From: Azolla caroliniana
Lineage: Eukaryota; Plantae; Polypodiophyta
NCBI GenBank assembly: GCA_043228905.1
Contig: JBHGNT010000016.1
Span: 15,624,001-15,688,000 of the forward strand
Length of the DNA: 64,000 nt
Direction of reading: 5' to 3'
A program made the translations under genes and the position numbers. Of this stretch, positions 44,301-57,127 are shown in pieces. The stretch's first letter is position 1. Each line of letters starts with the position of its first letter. The notes under the pieces were generated by a model. The model was given only the letters and a program-made list of their open reading frames with translations, searched no databases and was not told the DNA's origin.

Positions 44301-46397
44301 CTATTGGCACTTCTTCGTGTGAGTCTACATATGGTGTTAATGCTTGCAAAATATCTACCTCAAATAGAGGGATGATTTTTTGATTATCATTGAAATACTG
44401 ACTTTCTTCTTCCTTGTCCAATCCTTCCATCATATTAATTGCTTCTGCATGTACAGGTAAACTCTGTTTGCTTGTTGTCACTTTGTTGTGCGTCGGAATC
44501 CTGACCTTAGTTTTTCCTTTCCTAAATGTTAGCACATTTTGTTTCCAATTTTGTTTAATATTAGCTGTCTTTAACCATGGTCTCCCCAATAACAAGGGGT
44601 ATGCTCCCTGTGTTTCTAACTGCAAAATTACTGCCGAAATCTGAAAACTGTGTCCCCCGATTATTACATCCAGTTGTCGAAGCAAACCAATCGGTCGTAC
44701 CGTACTTGTATCTGCCATTCGTAACCAAAACGGACATGCTTCCCATTCTGTGATTCCCAGTTTTTCACATGTAGTTTTGTGAATCACATTAACACCCGAG
44801 CCTCCATCTATAATCACATTTCCGATTTCTTGCTCGTAAAGTATTACCTTAATCGACGGATTCTGTTCATCCATGATCGAAGGGTTATTACTTGGCTGAT
44901 TGTAGTGTACTGCTATTTGTTCGGAACCTTTATATGCAATTAATGCTGCCACTTTTTCTGTAAACCTTGGTACTAACTTAAGTAAGCCCGTAAGTGGCAA
45001 TGACACTTGGCAATCAGCCAACAGTTTCCAAGTTTCTTCCTGTTCCTTATTCCCCAATGACTGTTGTACAACGATGTTCTGGTCAATGTTATTGTCTTGT
45101 AACATTCGATTCACATTACTTTGATTTGCTTCGTCCACCCATTCTTTTGCCGCCTTCCGAACTTCTTCCTGAATTTCCCACTCTGATTGTTTGCTTTTGC
45201 TGCGTGTCGTTACTTGCTGAACTTCTGGTATTACCATAATAACTGCTGGACCCTTTCCTTTAACCGGACATTGATTAGCATAATGGCCTAGTTGTCGACA
45301 AATATAACAAGTGGGTACAAATGTTGCACTGGTCTCTCCATGTGCAAATTGGCCGTTATTAAATTGTTGCTCTTCATTACCACTCGGGTTTTGTTGGTAT
45401 TGACGTGTAGCTTTTGGTTTGTAAAATCTCTTGTTTTTATACCGATTCTGCCTAAATTGTTCAGTATTATCATTTGGTTGTTCTACATTTTGTGTTATCC
45501 CGAACTCCTGATTTGGCGGAAAATTATTCTGTTGAAACATTTGATTATTTTGTGGAACGGTTTGAGTATTATGTTGAAAGGTCATATTACCCGGTTGAAA
45601 TGCCGGATTTGGTTGAAATGTAGAATTCGGTTGCACATTCGGACAGTTCTGTTGAAACCCTTGAAATGGTGGGTTACCTTGTTGGAAACTTTGATTATTT
45701 TGGTGAAAATATTGATTCGGATTCTGTACGAATGGTGGGTTGGATTGAGCAAAACCTGGTTGAAATGCTTGAGTCACTTGAGTGGGTTGCATATTTTGTT
45801 GTGAAAAGATCTGATTTGGCTGTAGAACCGGTTTTGTTGTACATTTTGCTGATTTTGTGAAAAATTATTATTTTGATAACCATTGAACAGATTAGTGTTA
45901 TTTTGGTAACCATTGTCAGTAAAAATTTGTCGTACTGACGCCGTAGTCTTATTAAGCAGATTATATTCACATTGTTCTACTGAATGTAATTTTGAATGAC
46001 ATATTGTACAATGTGTTCTTAACGTACATTCAATTGCCGAATGCCCCGTATTTAAACAAGTGGTGCATTGAACTGCTTGTCGAAATTGTAACTCCTCTAT
46101 TGTCGGTAATGTACGGTGTAATGCCGACATGTCCATACTCTGAACATTGACCGGTGGTCGACCCATTTCTATTGCTTTATCAATTACTTGTTCGATAGTC
46201 TGATTTCGAAAATCGAACACTTTCAATGTCGTCCTTAATGGTTCTTTTACAGCTTCCAGAAAGACTTCTTTTAATTTCGGCTTGATTCCGGCTGATTCCG
46301 GCTGTTCTTGCGCAATGAACGCTTCCTGCACTGCCTTCGTAACTGACCTTGTACGAGGGCGCTTACAACTGACCGGTGTCTCCTCTTTATACGACAT
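41364..46397 (-). pseudogene. Gag-Pol (gag, CCHC, PR, RT, RH, INT) with an in-frame gag deletion, two frameshifts and one stop
   Basis: CYICRQLGHYANQC, IIDGGSG, FLDGFSGY, FLDD, VDAS, GLDFVGP; colinear with the 57128-62619 copy. Confidence 0.92.
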
Positions 46398-47148
46398 CCA
46401 TTCGATTTGTTCTCTGCTTAATTGCAGATGTAACCGGGCGTGCCAAAATTCTTCTGTGTTAATCGGCTAATTACTAACTACTACCGATACAGAAGAGTGA
46501 ACGTCGCTACTCAACGTTCTAACAAGGAATTGTGTTTTACGATCGGAATTATACTATATTAATCGGTAATTACCGTGATCGTTACTTAGTTATAAATTAG
46601 GAAGCTTGCACTTAACAACATAGACAATAGAAAGAACACAGAATCCGCACAGGATATTCCTAACTTAAACTTATATTACTAAATAAAATGACCTTTCTTA
46701 CAATGCCTTCGGTTCCCTTTTATAGGTATACCGAAGGTCTTTTCTCATCAAGAACTATTCCTACTTACTATCAAGAATTACAAAATTATCTAACTAACTT
46801 AGTTCTCTTCGTTTACTGCTGAGTCATTGATCCGAACAGTCGATCCGAACCGACTCCGTTTTCGACGCTTTCCCACTTGTTCGGTAAAACTGACTGTCCG
46901 GGTCCGGGTAACAACGAGCTGAGAGCTCCCCGATGGCGGCTTGGCAGCAGACAACTACTGTAACCTACCTCAGCCCGGCTCGAAGCCGGGAATGTATTCT
47001 TCTTCTATATATATATATATACGTTTGTCTGTGTATATTCGCGTCGTTGTTGGCGTCGGGCGCTTACCCTCTCCTGCGTTTTCTGTACATAAGACGTGGG
47101 TCGGGTTGGGCTGTGTGTGCGGGTGTGTGTGTGTGCGTGAGTCGGTGT

Positions 47149-47184
<36 letters not shown>

Positions 47185-48224
47185 TCGGTTGCTTCCGGCG
47201 TGTCTCTGGGATGCCTCGGTAACGGTGAAGCACGACTTCCTACATTCCATCACTCCCTAGTCCAAGACCCCCATGGTCCCGCCTTTCTCCACGCACGCGC
47301 GTAACAACGCGACAACGTCATTGCGGGCCATTATCAGAAGAGGAAAAGCAGCGACACCGAGCAAATCAACTAAGTCTTTATTGTGGTGGACCAAGGCATA
47401 TCGAAGTGAACTGTCCTCAGAGGCTAAGAAGATAGGTAAACCAAATAGTTGCTAGTACTAATTGTTCTAAACTCGAGTCTATTTCAGGAGGAATATCTGA
47501 TAGTCCTAATAGTACTAATAGCCCAAGTCTATCAAACAAATTTGATGTCCTTAGTCAGTTAGAAGAAGAGTTAAACGACTAAGTCTAGCCAAAATAGGAG
47601 CCATTTGGTTGGACAACCCTAGATCTGTGCAACCCATTAGTGGTTCCATTCCCTCTAAGCAAGTTAGCAATGTGTTCTTAGCTCAAGTAACCGTTAGTAC
47701 TAAAAGTACCCCTCCAGTACATGTCTTAGCTCTCCTAGATTTTGGAGCTAATTCTTGCTTCATGGATTGGAATTTTGCCCAAGCTCATCAGATATCCCTA
47801 AGAAAACTCTCGTGTCCAGCCGCTGTAGTAGTCATTGAAGGTTGTCCCATTGCTTCTGGAAATATCATAGAAGTGTCACAACCAGTTAATATTGCCCTAG
47901 ATAACTTAACATGTGTAGTATCATTTAATATAATTAGTATCCTAGAACATCCCATTATTTTGGGATTACCATGGTTCAAATTACATAACCCAGACATAGA
48001 TTGGAGAACAAGAAAAATCTAGTATCGACAAACCCGAGGATCTACTCATACGATTGCAAACATTTCTCTACATCAGTTGCTTCAGGAAGGACGCAAGGAA
48101 GAAATGTTTCTCTTCACTGTATCAATAAAAACCTCCAACACCACTAAAGAGGAGTCCATTGTTCAACTTCCAGAGAAGTATCGTCATTATGCCAATGTGT
48201 TCGATAAACTACAAGTCAATACGC

Positions 48225-48630
48225 TGTCGTAGAGTAATTTGCACACTACATGAAAATTGCATTTTGGTTCCTCCGGATGGGACAAGGAGGAACCGGTAAG
48301 GAAGACCCGGTAAGGAGGACCCGGTAAGGAGAACCGGATGAAGGAGGAATCAGCAAGGAGGAACCGGTAACGAGGACCCGGTAAGGAGAATCGATTAGAA
48401 CCGGATGAAGGAGAACCGGATGAAAGAGGAACCGGTAAGGAGACCCGGTAAGAACCGGATCAAGCAAAACCATCAAGAGCCGGATAAAGAAGGTCGGTGA
48501 GAGTCTCTCACCGGATGAAGAGACATATTTGTAAATAGAAGAAAGTATAAAAATATATATTACATGCATAGGGCAAGATTCGAACCTTGCACCTCCACTT
48601 TATAATGTAAAGCCTTACCTTTACACTAAC
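48225..48630 (+). mobile_element. LTR-like fragment (family of 187-686, opposite orientation) with accggatga/accggtaag repeats, ending in a minus-strand tRNA-like module at 48571-48630
   Basis: Starts TGTCGTAG; tttggttcctccggatg and gacatatttgtaaatag match the reverse complement of that LTR family; minus strand has a B-box GGTTCGAATC. Confidence 0.55.
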
Positions 48631-48638
48631 ATATCATT

Positions 48639-49720
48639 AGTCTTGGCCTTCTACCTTCTCCCGGAGCTAGTGATACCTCCTCTAGATGTGCTTGGTCTGG
48701 GAATGATAGGCCATGTTCCTAGCGAGGTGGATGGCACTCTGACTATAGCAATAGAGCCGGAATTCCTCTTGCCGAATCCCTAGCTCTCGGATGAAGTCCT
48801 TCATCCAAATCACCTCTTTGCCAACTTCCAAAGCTGCCATGTATTCTGCTTTCGTTGTTAACAGTGCAACGGACTTCTGTTGCCTTGATTGCCACGATAT
48901 GGTTCCCCTTGCATACATCATGACATATCCGGATGTAGATCGGCTGGTGTCCGCATAAGCCGACCTGTCCGAATCGATGAAGCCTTCCAATAAGGGTTTA
49001 CTAGAGCCGAATCGGAGGCACATAGACGAGGTGCCTTTGAAGTACCGGCGTATCCACTTGACAACAAGCTAGTGCTCCTTTCCCGCATTTCTCATAAACT
49101 GACTGAACACTCCGACTGCATATCCAATATCTAGTCGAGTGCACATCATCCCCTACATCAAGCTTCCGACATCAGAGGCATATGGTATCTTCATTATCTC
49201 CGAGTTCTCCCCTTTGGTCTTCGGACTTTGGCTTCTCGACAACCTACAGTTCGTCGGAAGTGTCGACCCGACCGGCTTCGCATCTGCCATGTTGAACCTC
49301 TGAAGCACCTTTGTCACGTACTTCTCTTGTGACAACCACAACTTCTTTGTTCAGTCCTGGATTATGTGCATCCCTAAGATCTATCTCGCCGGACCCATAT
49401 CTTTCATTCAGAAGGACCGGCTCAGGGACTTCTTCAACATTCCAATTTTGGATCAGTCTTGTCCAACAATTAGCATGTCGTCGACTTACAACAAGAGTAT
49501 CAGGAAGTCACCTACATCAAATTTCATCACAAATACATAGTGGTCGGCTTGCGTTGTCACGAAGATTCACGTGCGCATGTGCTACTTGAGCAGGACCTCC
49601 GGGATCTTGGACTAGGGAGGACATTCACCAAGTTATTGTAAAGAGGACAATGTCAATTTTAAGAGTCGAGGAAACACTATTACAAATCTGGCACCTTCAT
49701 CACTCGATATTTCGAACACA
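48639..49720. repeat. ~1.08-kb direct duplicate of 17066-18150 (copia RH/RT plus gypsy LTR-fragment junction)
   Basis: Near-identical ORF pairs (17109-17450 vs 48682-49023; 17738-18019 vs 49311-49589) and the same gcgt|tgtcacgaag junction. Confidence 0.93.
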
Positions 49721-52700
49721 TCTCGACCTCCTCAGTCGGCTTGTTTGCTCAGCAGGCCAAAATCAGCTCCCTCGCCATTGTGACTTCGGCGCTTGTCGAC
49801 TCGCCGATTCCTTCGTGTTGGCGTCGACTTTTGCTACCATCTCGTCCTCTTGGCCTTTAATTGATCCGGTTCTTCTGAATCCCTCTGTTGAACCGAATCG
49901 GCTGTCTCCGATTCATTTCAGCTCTTGTTCGAATTGGTTTCTCCCGATTCGTCTTCCGGTTCCAGGCCCTTCACCACATCGTACCATGTCCGGGTCCTGG
50001 CCTTCTTATTCTGTCGGCTCTATCCTTCTTAACTCTGCTGCCGCTGCTGCTTGTTCCGACTTGATCGGATGTGTCAACTTCCTTTGTCGATTCGGCTCCT
50101 TTCTTCTTCTTGTCTCCCCCATGTTTGGTTGGCTTCAACTCTTTCTTTTCACTGGTCCCCTTATGTCCGCTTTCGGACTCTTCCATGGATCCGCCCTCGG
50201 CTTCTTCAACCGATCGGAAATCGAATTTGTCATCCGACTCGGCGTCATGGTCGTTCCGCTCCTTTCCTGCTCCGTTCCATGGTCATGATGGACGTCTTTC
50301 CCCCTTAAGTTCGGCACGTCGAGGTGACGGAACCCAGGCGCACCCGAGAATTGCCGCAACTTGTCTGGACCAAGAGGCTTGGTGAAGATGTCGGCGTTTT
50401 GCCGATCCGTCGGAACATACTGAAGTTTGACTTCACCGGACAGGACACGCTCACGGACGAAATGGTAGTGCACCTCAATGTGCTTAGTCCGGGTGTGGAA
50501 GACAAGGTTCTGAGCTAGCTGGATGCTCTTGACGTTGTCGCAGTAGATTGTCGTTGGATCAGATACCTCCACCTGCAGATCCTTAAGTAGCCGCTTCAAC
50601 CATATGGCTTTGCATGTTGCGACAACTGCTCCTCTATACTCGGCTTTGGTGTTCGACATCGCAACTGTCGGCTGCTTCTTGCTACTCCACGCGATCGCAG
50701 CACTCCCAAGAGAGAATGCGAAACCGGACGTGGATTGAAATCGCCGGCATTTTCGGCCCAATCAGCATCGGTGTAACCAACCAATTGCGTGACGGTATCG
50801 GTTCGATATATTAGCCCCCGGTCCTTAGTGCCACTGACGTACCAGAGTACGCGTTGTGTGCATTGAAGGTGCTCCTCGGTTGGTCGCGCCATGAACTGAC
50901 TAATCACCCCGATCGGGTACCTAAGATCTGGTTGGGTGATGGTCGCATACCTTTCCGAAATCAGGGCGAAGCTTGATGGTTCTATCCAGAGGAGTCGAGA
51001 TGGACTTACATTCGGCCATCCTGAATTTGAAGAGCATACTCAACACGTAATGTCGTTGGTTGATCAGTATGCCATCGGGGGTGCGGATCAGTTCGATCCC
51101 GAGGAATTAATGAAGGTGCCCCCAGATCCTTCATGTCAAATGATGCCTCAAGCTGGAGCTTCATGCGGTCAATCTCACCTAGGTCGGCGCTGGTGATGAC
51201 CAAGTCATCAACATAAAGTAAAATGCTAACCGGCCCGTGTCGACCTTTCTGGATGAACAGTGAGGAGTCCGATTTTGACGCCGCAAAGCTTAGCCGACGC
51301 AATTGTTGTGTGATCTTCGCATTCCAAGCACGCGGGGTTTGCTTTAGTTCGTAAATGGACTTCTTCAATCGACACACCGCCGAAGTGTTAGTTCCGGAGT
51401 GAAATCCGAGGGATTGTACCATGTACACATGTTCCTCAAGCTCACCTTGCAGGAACGCATTCTTTACATCCATCTGATGTAAGTGCCACCCCTTTGCTGC
51501 AACTACCGCGAGCAAAACACGGAAGGTCGTCATCTTCGTGACCGGTGCAAACGTCTCATCGTAGTCGATGTCGTGTTTCTGCACATAGTCTTTCGCTACT
51601 AACCGGGCCTTGTATCGGTTGACCGAGCCATCAGTGTTGCACTTGACCTTGTACACCCAACTACATCCAATCGGCTTCACACCTTTCGGTGCGTCATCTA
51701 GCTCCCAGGTTTCATTCTCATCTAATGCGCACATCTCTTCCTCCATTGCAGCGCACCAATTTGCATCCTTCCCCGCTTCTGTGTAGCTCTCTGGCTCACG
51801 CACTTCCGCTACATGGGTCATGTACGCATAGTGATGCGCCATGAACTCATTGTATCCCAACCGCACAACAGGGTTCTTCTGTCGGGTTGATCGGCGTAAT
51901 TGTTGATTAGCCGACGCAGACTTCGCTCTCAAAGACCCGTCATCACTTCCTTCGGAGTCGGACTCGCGTCGATCTGACTCGTTCCTATCAGTGTCGTAAT
52001 CTGACACCTTCTTCTTCCCTTTTTCCTTGCGCGTAAGCCGTCTCCTCGGCTTCCTGTGGGGGGAATGCATGGCCGAGTCTCCACTACTCACCGACACTTC
52101 ATCGGACTGGTCGAACCGACTCAGTTGTCCATTCGGTCCGCTTCACTAAAATGAAATCGGACTCTCTTCGTGGGTCCCGAGTTCAGCCTCATCTGGAGAC
52201 ATTTCAGCCTCGTTGACCTCATCGTCAGAACGCGGGTCCGAAGATCCGGAGTTGGAGTTGAGGTCCGGCGTCGGAGGCAAGTACCAAGACGTGGACTCGT
52301 CAAACACAACATCACGGCTCACGCGCGCTTGTTTGGTGTGAGGGTTATAACACTTATAACCCTTCTGCTCGTCCGAATAGTCGACCAAGATATACTTCTC
52401 GGCCTTCGCGCGCAACTTTCTCCATTTCTCCTTCGGCACATGCACATACGCAATGCTACCGAAAACTCTCAAGTGTCGTAGATTCGGCTTCCTTTCGAAA
52501 TGTTGCTCATCCATAGACACTTTGTCTCTGATCCGATTCTGGATGTAGACCACGATGCATACCGCTTCGGCCCAATAGAACTTGGGCAAGCTCTTCTCCT
52601 CCAGCATTGCCCGTGCCGCTTCTACAATTGACCGGTTCTTCCTCTCGGCCACGCCGTTTTGCTCCGGCGTGAATCTACAACTGAATTCGCGACGAATTCC

Positions 52701-54890
52701 CATATGTTGCAGATAGCCGTTGAATTGACTAGAAAAGTACTCTTTTCCGCGATCCGACCACAAGCACTTGATCTTTCGTCCTGTTTCCGTTTCCACAACC
52801 CTTTGAGGTCCCTGAAACAGTCGAAGACTTCACTCTTCTTCTCGATGAGGTAGATCCACGTGTGCCGCGTATAGTCGTCGATGAAGGAGACGAAATATTG
52901 GCTCCCGGCAAGACTAACGTTTTGTGTTGGTCCCCATACATCGGAATATATCAAGTCGAGCTTGTTCCGGCTCCGGTTATGCTCATTAGGGAAAGGAAGT
53001 CGGTGTTGCTTCCCTAGCTGGCTGGTTTCACAAATTTGCGCCTTCCGGCCACTAAATTTGGGCAATCCAAACACCACTTGTTTCGATTGCAGGTCCTGAA
53101 GCCGTTGATAGTTGACGTGGCCTATCCGCTTGTGTCATAAGTCGATATCCGACTCGACTTTTTGTCCTTTCACGCAGTGCCATTATCACTAGAGTCGAGG
53201 ATAAACATCCTCCCGTCTCTGAGCCCTTGCGCAATAACTCGGCCTTCTTCCTTGATGAAGCACCCAAGATGCGTGAACCGGACTTGCATCCCCTGGTCGA
53301 CGATCTGCCCGACCGACACCAGATTATTCGTGATTTTCGGGACGTGTAACACATCCATACGTTTCCCTTTCTGCTCGACATTACTGAAGGGAACTTCACC
53401 GACATTCGCGATCGGATGCGGAGTGTCGTCTCCGGTTGCGACTACTCCCGGTTGCATCGGTTTTCCAGGTACGAGAACCACTCCTTGTGGCACATCATGT
53501 GGTTTGATGCGCCGCAGTCGACATACCACACCTCGTTCGACTTCGGGGTGATTGTTTTCATCGAGTTTGCTTCGTGTCTCGTCACGAAGACTGACCCTTT
53601 TCCGGATCCTTCGGCGTAGTGCAATGGCTGCCGATTTCCTTTGTCGGTCTGTCCGGAACCTGATCCAGATCCGGTCCTCTGCAAATCGGCGAGCTTCTTC
53701 TAGCACTCACTCTCCTTGTGGCCTTTTTTGCGATAGTATCAGCATTCCGCGGCAGATTTCCCTTGCCGGTTCTGGTCGCCTTGACTCCCCCTATTTCCGG
53801 AGGGTTCGGAATTGCTGCCTTCATTGCGCACCGACTCGCCTCGTCTTCCACGACCACGGGGCCTATCTCCCTCCGTGTACATCATCTTGTTGTCGGTATG
53901 TGTGCTCGTCGACTTACCCCAGTGGTTCTCCTCTATAAGGAGCATTGATTGTAGGTCAAAAAACGACGGCTTATTCTGCCATGTACACATAGCAGTTCGG
54001 AATGCTCCGAACTTCGACGCCAATCCCCCGAGACAGATCTGCACCATCTCGCCTTCCTCGACGTTCACATGGATAGAGGCTAAGGAGTTGCAAATGTCCT
54101 TGATTTTGGAGGTGTAGTCTTCCACTGACAAGTCGCGTTGTCGTAGGTTGTTCAGCTCCTGTCAGAGTTGAAGCTCCCTAGCTGTAGTGCTTGCGGTGAA
54201 AATCTTCTTTAGATTTCCCCAAGCATCCTTTATCGTTTTCGCATCCCGAATATAGCTCAGAAGCTGTTCGCCCACACAAGACGTGAAGTAGTACATTACT
54301 GTGCTCGCTGATTGTTCCCACACCGGGAAATCTCTGTGTGTCGATTCTCCGTTGGAAGCAAGCTAGTCATGCCTCTATCCACTTTGTTTTTCCTATTCTT
54401 CTTGGTTGGTTTTCTTTTCACGCTATGTCGGCTGCAGAGGTTCTCAACCCTCGCGCTCTAATACCATGTAAAAGAATAGCGTGCGGAAGCAATAGAAAAC
54501 TGAACACAGAAATGCTGGTTTAATGGAGAGCATAGGATATACACAGTATTCGGGAGAGACAGAGAGAGAGAGCACACAGAAACTCAATTCAAAATATTAC
54601 TCAATTTGTAACACTCTGTACATCGTATGTGTTTAGTGAACACTTTTATACAAGTCCATACGAACTGACAGAAGTACGGTGTACTTCAATGCTCACACGA
54701 GCGTCTGACTCTAACTACGAGACATTAACTATTTAGTAGTCTAGGATACTACAGGCTTCCGATTACTATTTGATCCAGCTCACCGGCTCAATTGCTCACC
54801 GGCTCGCCGATCCGGCTTCATCCTTCCAGATGCCAATCCGGCTCAGGCTTATTCAGCCAATCTGGATCTGGTTGAGCTTGCCGCTCAACA
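49721..54890 (-). mobile_element. Degenerate full-domain copia related to 4242-7314; 5' LTR 54467-54890; 3' LTR missing
   Basis: PBS tggtattagagc at 54466-54455; gag, PR (VDCGASNHM), INT, RT (YVDD) and RH fragments; LTR begins tgttgagcggcaagctcaacc. Confidence 0.9.
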
Positions 54891-57127
54891 GTCACCAACC
54901 GAGCTAGAAGTCCTTCGAGCCTATATAGAGGAGAATTTGGCAAATGGTTTTATTTGACATTCGAAATCTCAAGCCGGTGCACCCATTTTCTTCATCAAGA
55001 AAAAAGATGGATCACTAAGTCTCTTCGTAGATTACCGTGGCTTGAATAAGGTCACCATCAGGAATAGGTATGCACTTCCCCTTATCTCAAGTCTTTTAGA
55101 ATGGATCAATGGTGCAAGGTACTTCACAAAGATCGACTTACGAGGAGCATATAACCTCGTACGAATCAGACGAGGAGATGAATGGAAGACCACGTTTTGC
55201 ACCAGATATGGGCACTTCGAGTATACGGTCATGCCATTCGGTCTCACTAACGTGCCAACAGTCTTCCAGCACATGCCAAATAATATATTCTAAGATCTCT
55301 TGGATGTTTGTTTGATCATCTATTTGGATGATCTACTGGTTTATTTGAAGACCGAAGAAGAGCATGATTCTCATGTACTGTTAGTACTAAAACGACTTCG
55401 AGAACATGGTCTTTATGCAAAGTTGGGAAGTTGTAGTTTCGAGTGCAACCAGGTGGAATTTCTGGGCTATGTCATCTCCTCGGAAGGCATCTCCATGGAT
55501 CTTGCTAAGGTCAAAACGGTGGTAGAGTGGCAGACTCCACGTTCGTTGCAAGATGTGCAATGCTTTTTAGGCTTTGCCAATTTCTACCACAAGTTTATAC
55601 GGGATTACTCAAAGCTTGTTCTGCCTCTCACACAGCTTACTAGGAAGGGACAATTGTTCGTTTGGTATGAAGAAGTGGACATGGCTTTTGAGATTCTTAA
55701 GAAGTCATTTACATCAACTCCGATTCTAGCTCATGTTGATCTGGAAAAACCATTCATCATTGAAGCAGACACGTCGGATTTCCCCTTGGGTAGCATTCTG
55801 CCTCAACAAGGCGATGATGAAAAGTTACATCCTATGACTTTCCATTCACGCAAGTTTGACGCTGCCGAAATCAACTATGAAATTTATAATAAGGTGCTAT
55901 TAGCAATAGAGGACTCTTTTCCACAATGGAGGCATTTTCTAGAGGGGTTTTCTCATCAAGTCATTGTATTTAGTGAGGACAAAAACCTTGCCTACTTTCA
56001 GAATGCTCGTGTGTTAAATCTACGTCAAGCTCTGTGTACCCAATTCCTCACTCGTTTTGACTTCAAAATTACATATTTTCCGGGGAAGCAAAAAGGAAAG
56101 GCAAATGCATTATCACAACGCTCGTATCTAGCACCACGTCCCGGCGAGCCGGCTTTCGACAACCAAAAGCAAGTAATCTTGGGATCGGCACGACTGCAAG
56201 CAACGCAGGTCTTCGGTATGCCCGTAGATTCCCACGTTCTCGATACCATACGTGAGGACTTGAAGACAAATGCTTTCACCCAAGCCATTCTAGCACAAAT
56301 TGATCCCTCTCGAGCATCTTGTTCACAGTCGAAACAACCAGGTACGGACTATCGACAATTCAAATGTCATGATGGATTACTATTCTTTAAGAAACTCTTG
56401 TATGTTCCTAATGGTACTTGTCTCCTTCAAGTAGTCCAAAATTGTCATGACACATATACAACTGGGCATTTTGGTAGTACTAAAACATTAGATTTAGTAC
56501 AACGATCATTCTGGTGGCCCCATATGCGACAATTTGTCGAAGATTTTGTTCGGACTTGTGATATATGTTGCAGAGAAAAAATGCCAATGCATCATCCATA
56601 TGGTTTATTAGTGTTACCTGGACCCGGACAGTCAATTTTACCGAACAAGTGGGAAAGCGTCGAAAACAGAGTCGGTTCGGATCGACTGTTCGGATCAATG
56701 ACTCAGCAGTAAACGAAGAGAACTAAGTTAGTTAGATAATTTTGTAAATCTTGATAGTAAGTAGGAATAGTTCTTGATGAGAAAAGACCTTCGGTATACC
56801 TATAAAAGGGAACCGAAGGCATTGTAAGAAAGGTCGTTCTATTTAGTAATATAAGTTTAAGTTAGGAATATCTTTTACGAATTCTGTGTTCCTTCTATTG
56901 TCTATGATCTTAAGTGCAAGCTTCCTAATTTATAACTAAGTAACGATCACGGTAATTACCGATTAATATAGTATAATTCCGTTCGTAAAACACAATTCCT
57001 TGTTAGAACGTTGAGTAGCGACGTTCACTCTTCTGTATCGGTAGTAGTTAGTAATTAGCCGATTAACACAGAAGAATTTTGGCACGCCCGGTTACATCTG
57101 CAATTAAGCAGAGAACAATTCGAATGG

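Larger units (their letters stand above)
38003..46913 (-). mobile_element. Complete non-chromovirus gypsy with an extra 3' ORF; 457-bp LTRs 46457-46913 (5') and 38003-38459 (3'); TSD ACGAG; tRNA-Arg-like PBS; no PPT
   Basis: TGTTA..TAACA termini; about 6 LTR mismatches by eye; ACGAG at 37998-38002 and 46914-46918; PBS TGGCACGCCCGGT at 46445-46433, 11 nt from the LTR. Confidence 0.95.
28042..47314 (+). mobile_element. Gag-only non-autonomous LTR element (TR-GAG-like): 5' LTR 28042-28807, tRNA-Trp PBS, 3' LTR 37706-38002 + 46919-47314, 4-bp TSD ACGT
   Basis: TGTCGTG..CACGACA/CGCGACA termini; PBS TGGTGAACCCGACGTGA at 28812-28828; ACGT at 28038-28041 and 47315-47318 (only a 4-bp removal restores the host frame TTRHCGPLSEEEK); no pol motifs. 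Confidence 0.9.
26641..56611 (+). mobile_element. Tcn1/Tf1-like gypsy (chromovirus-type), interrupted three times: LTR 26641-27085, gag 27166-28041 + 47319-47460, PR ~47600-48224, RT-RH-INT 54891-56611; remainder beyond the window
   Basis: LTR TGTCATGA..TCTTGACA; gag PTKFDG, MEID..GPLSEEEKQR...LYCG; PR ALLDFGA; [23 protein letters not shown]; RH EADTSD, NYEIYNK; INT HDT..GHFG. Self-complementary PBS. The chromodomain is not visible in the window. Confidence 0.88.

Noticed and set aside
55300-56712. Novel 470-aa protein with a unique C-terminus
   Set aside because: It is decayed RT-RH-INT reading into the LTR inserted at 56612.
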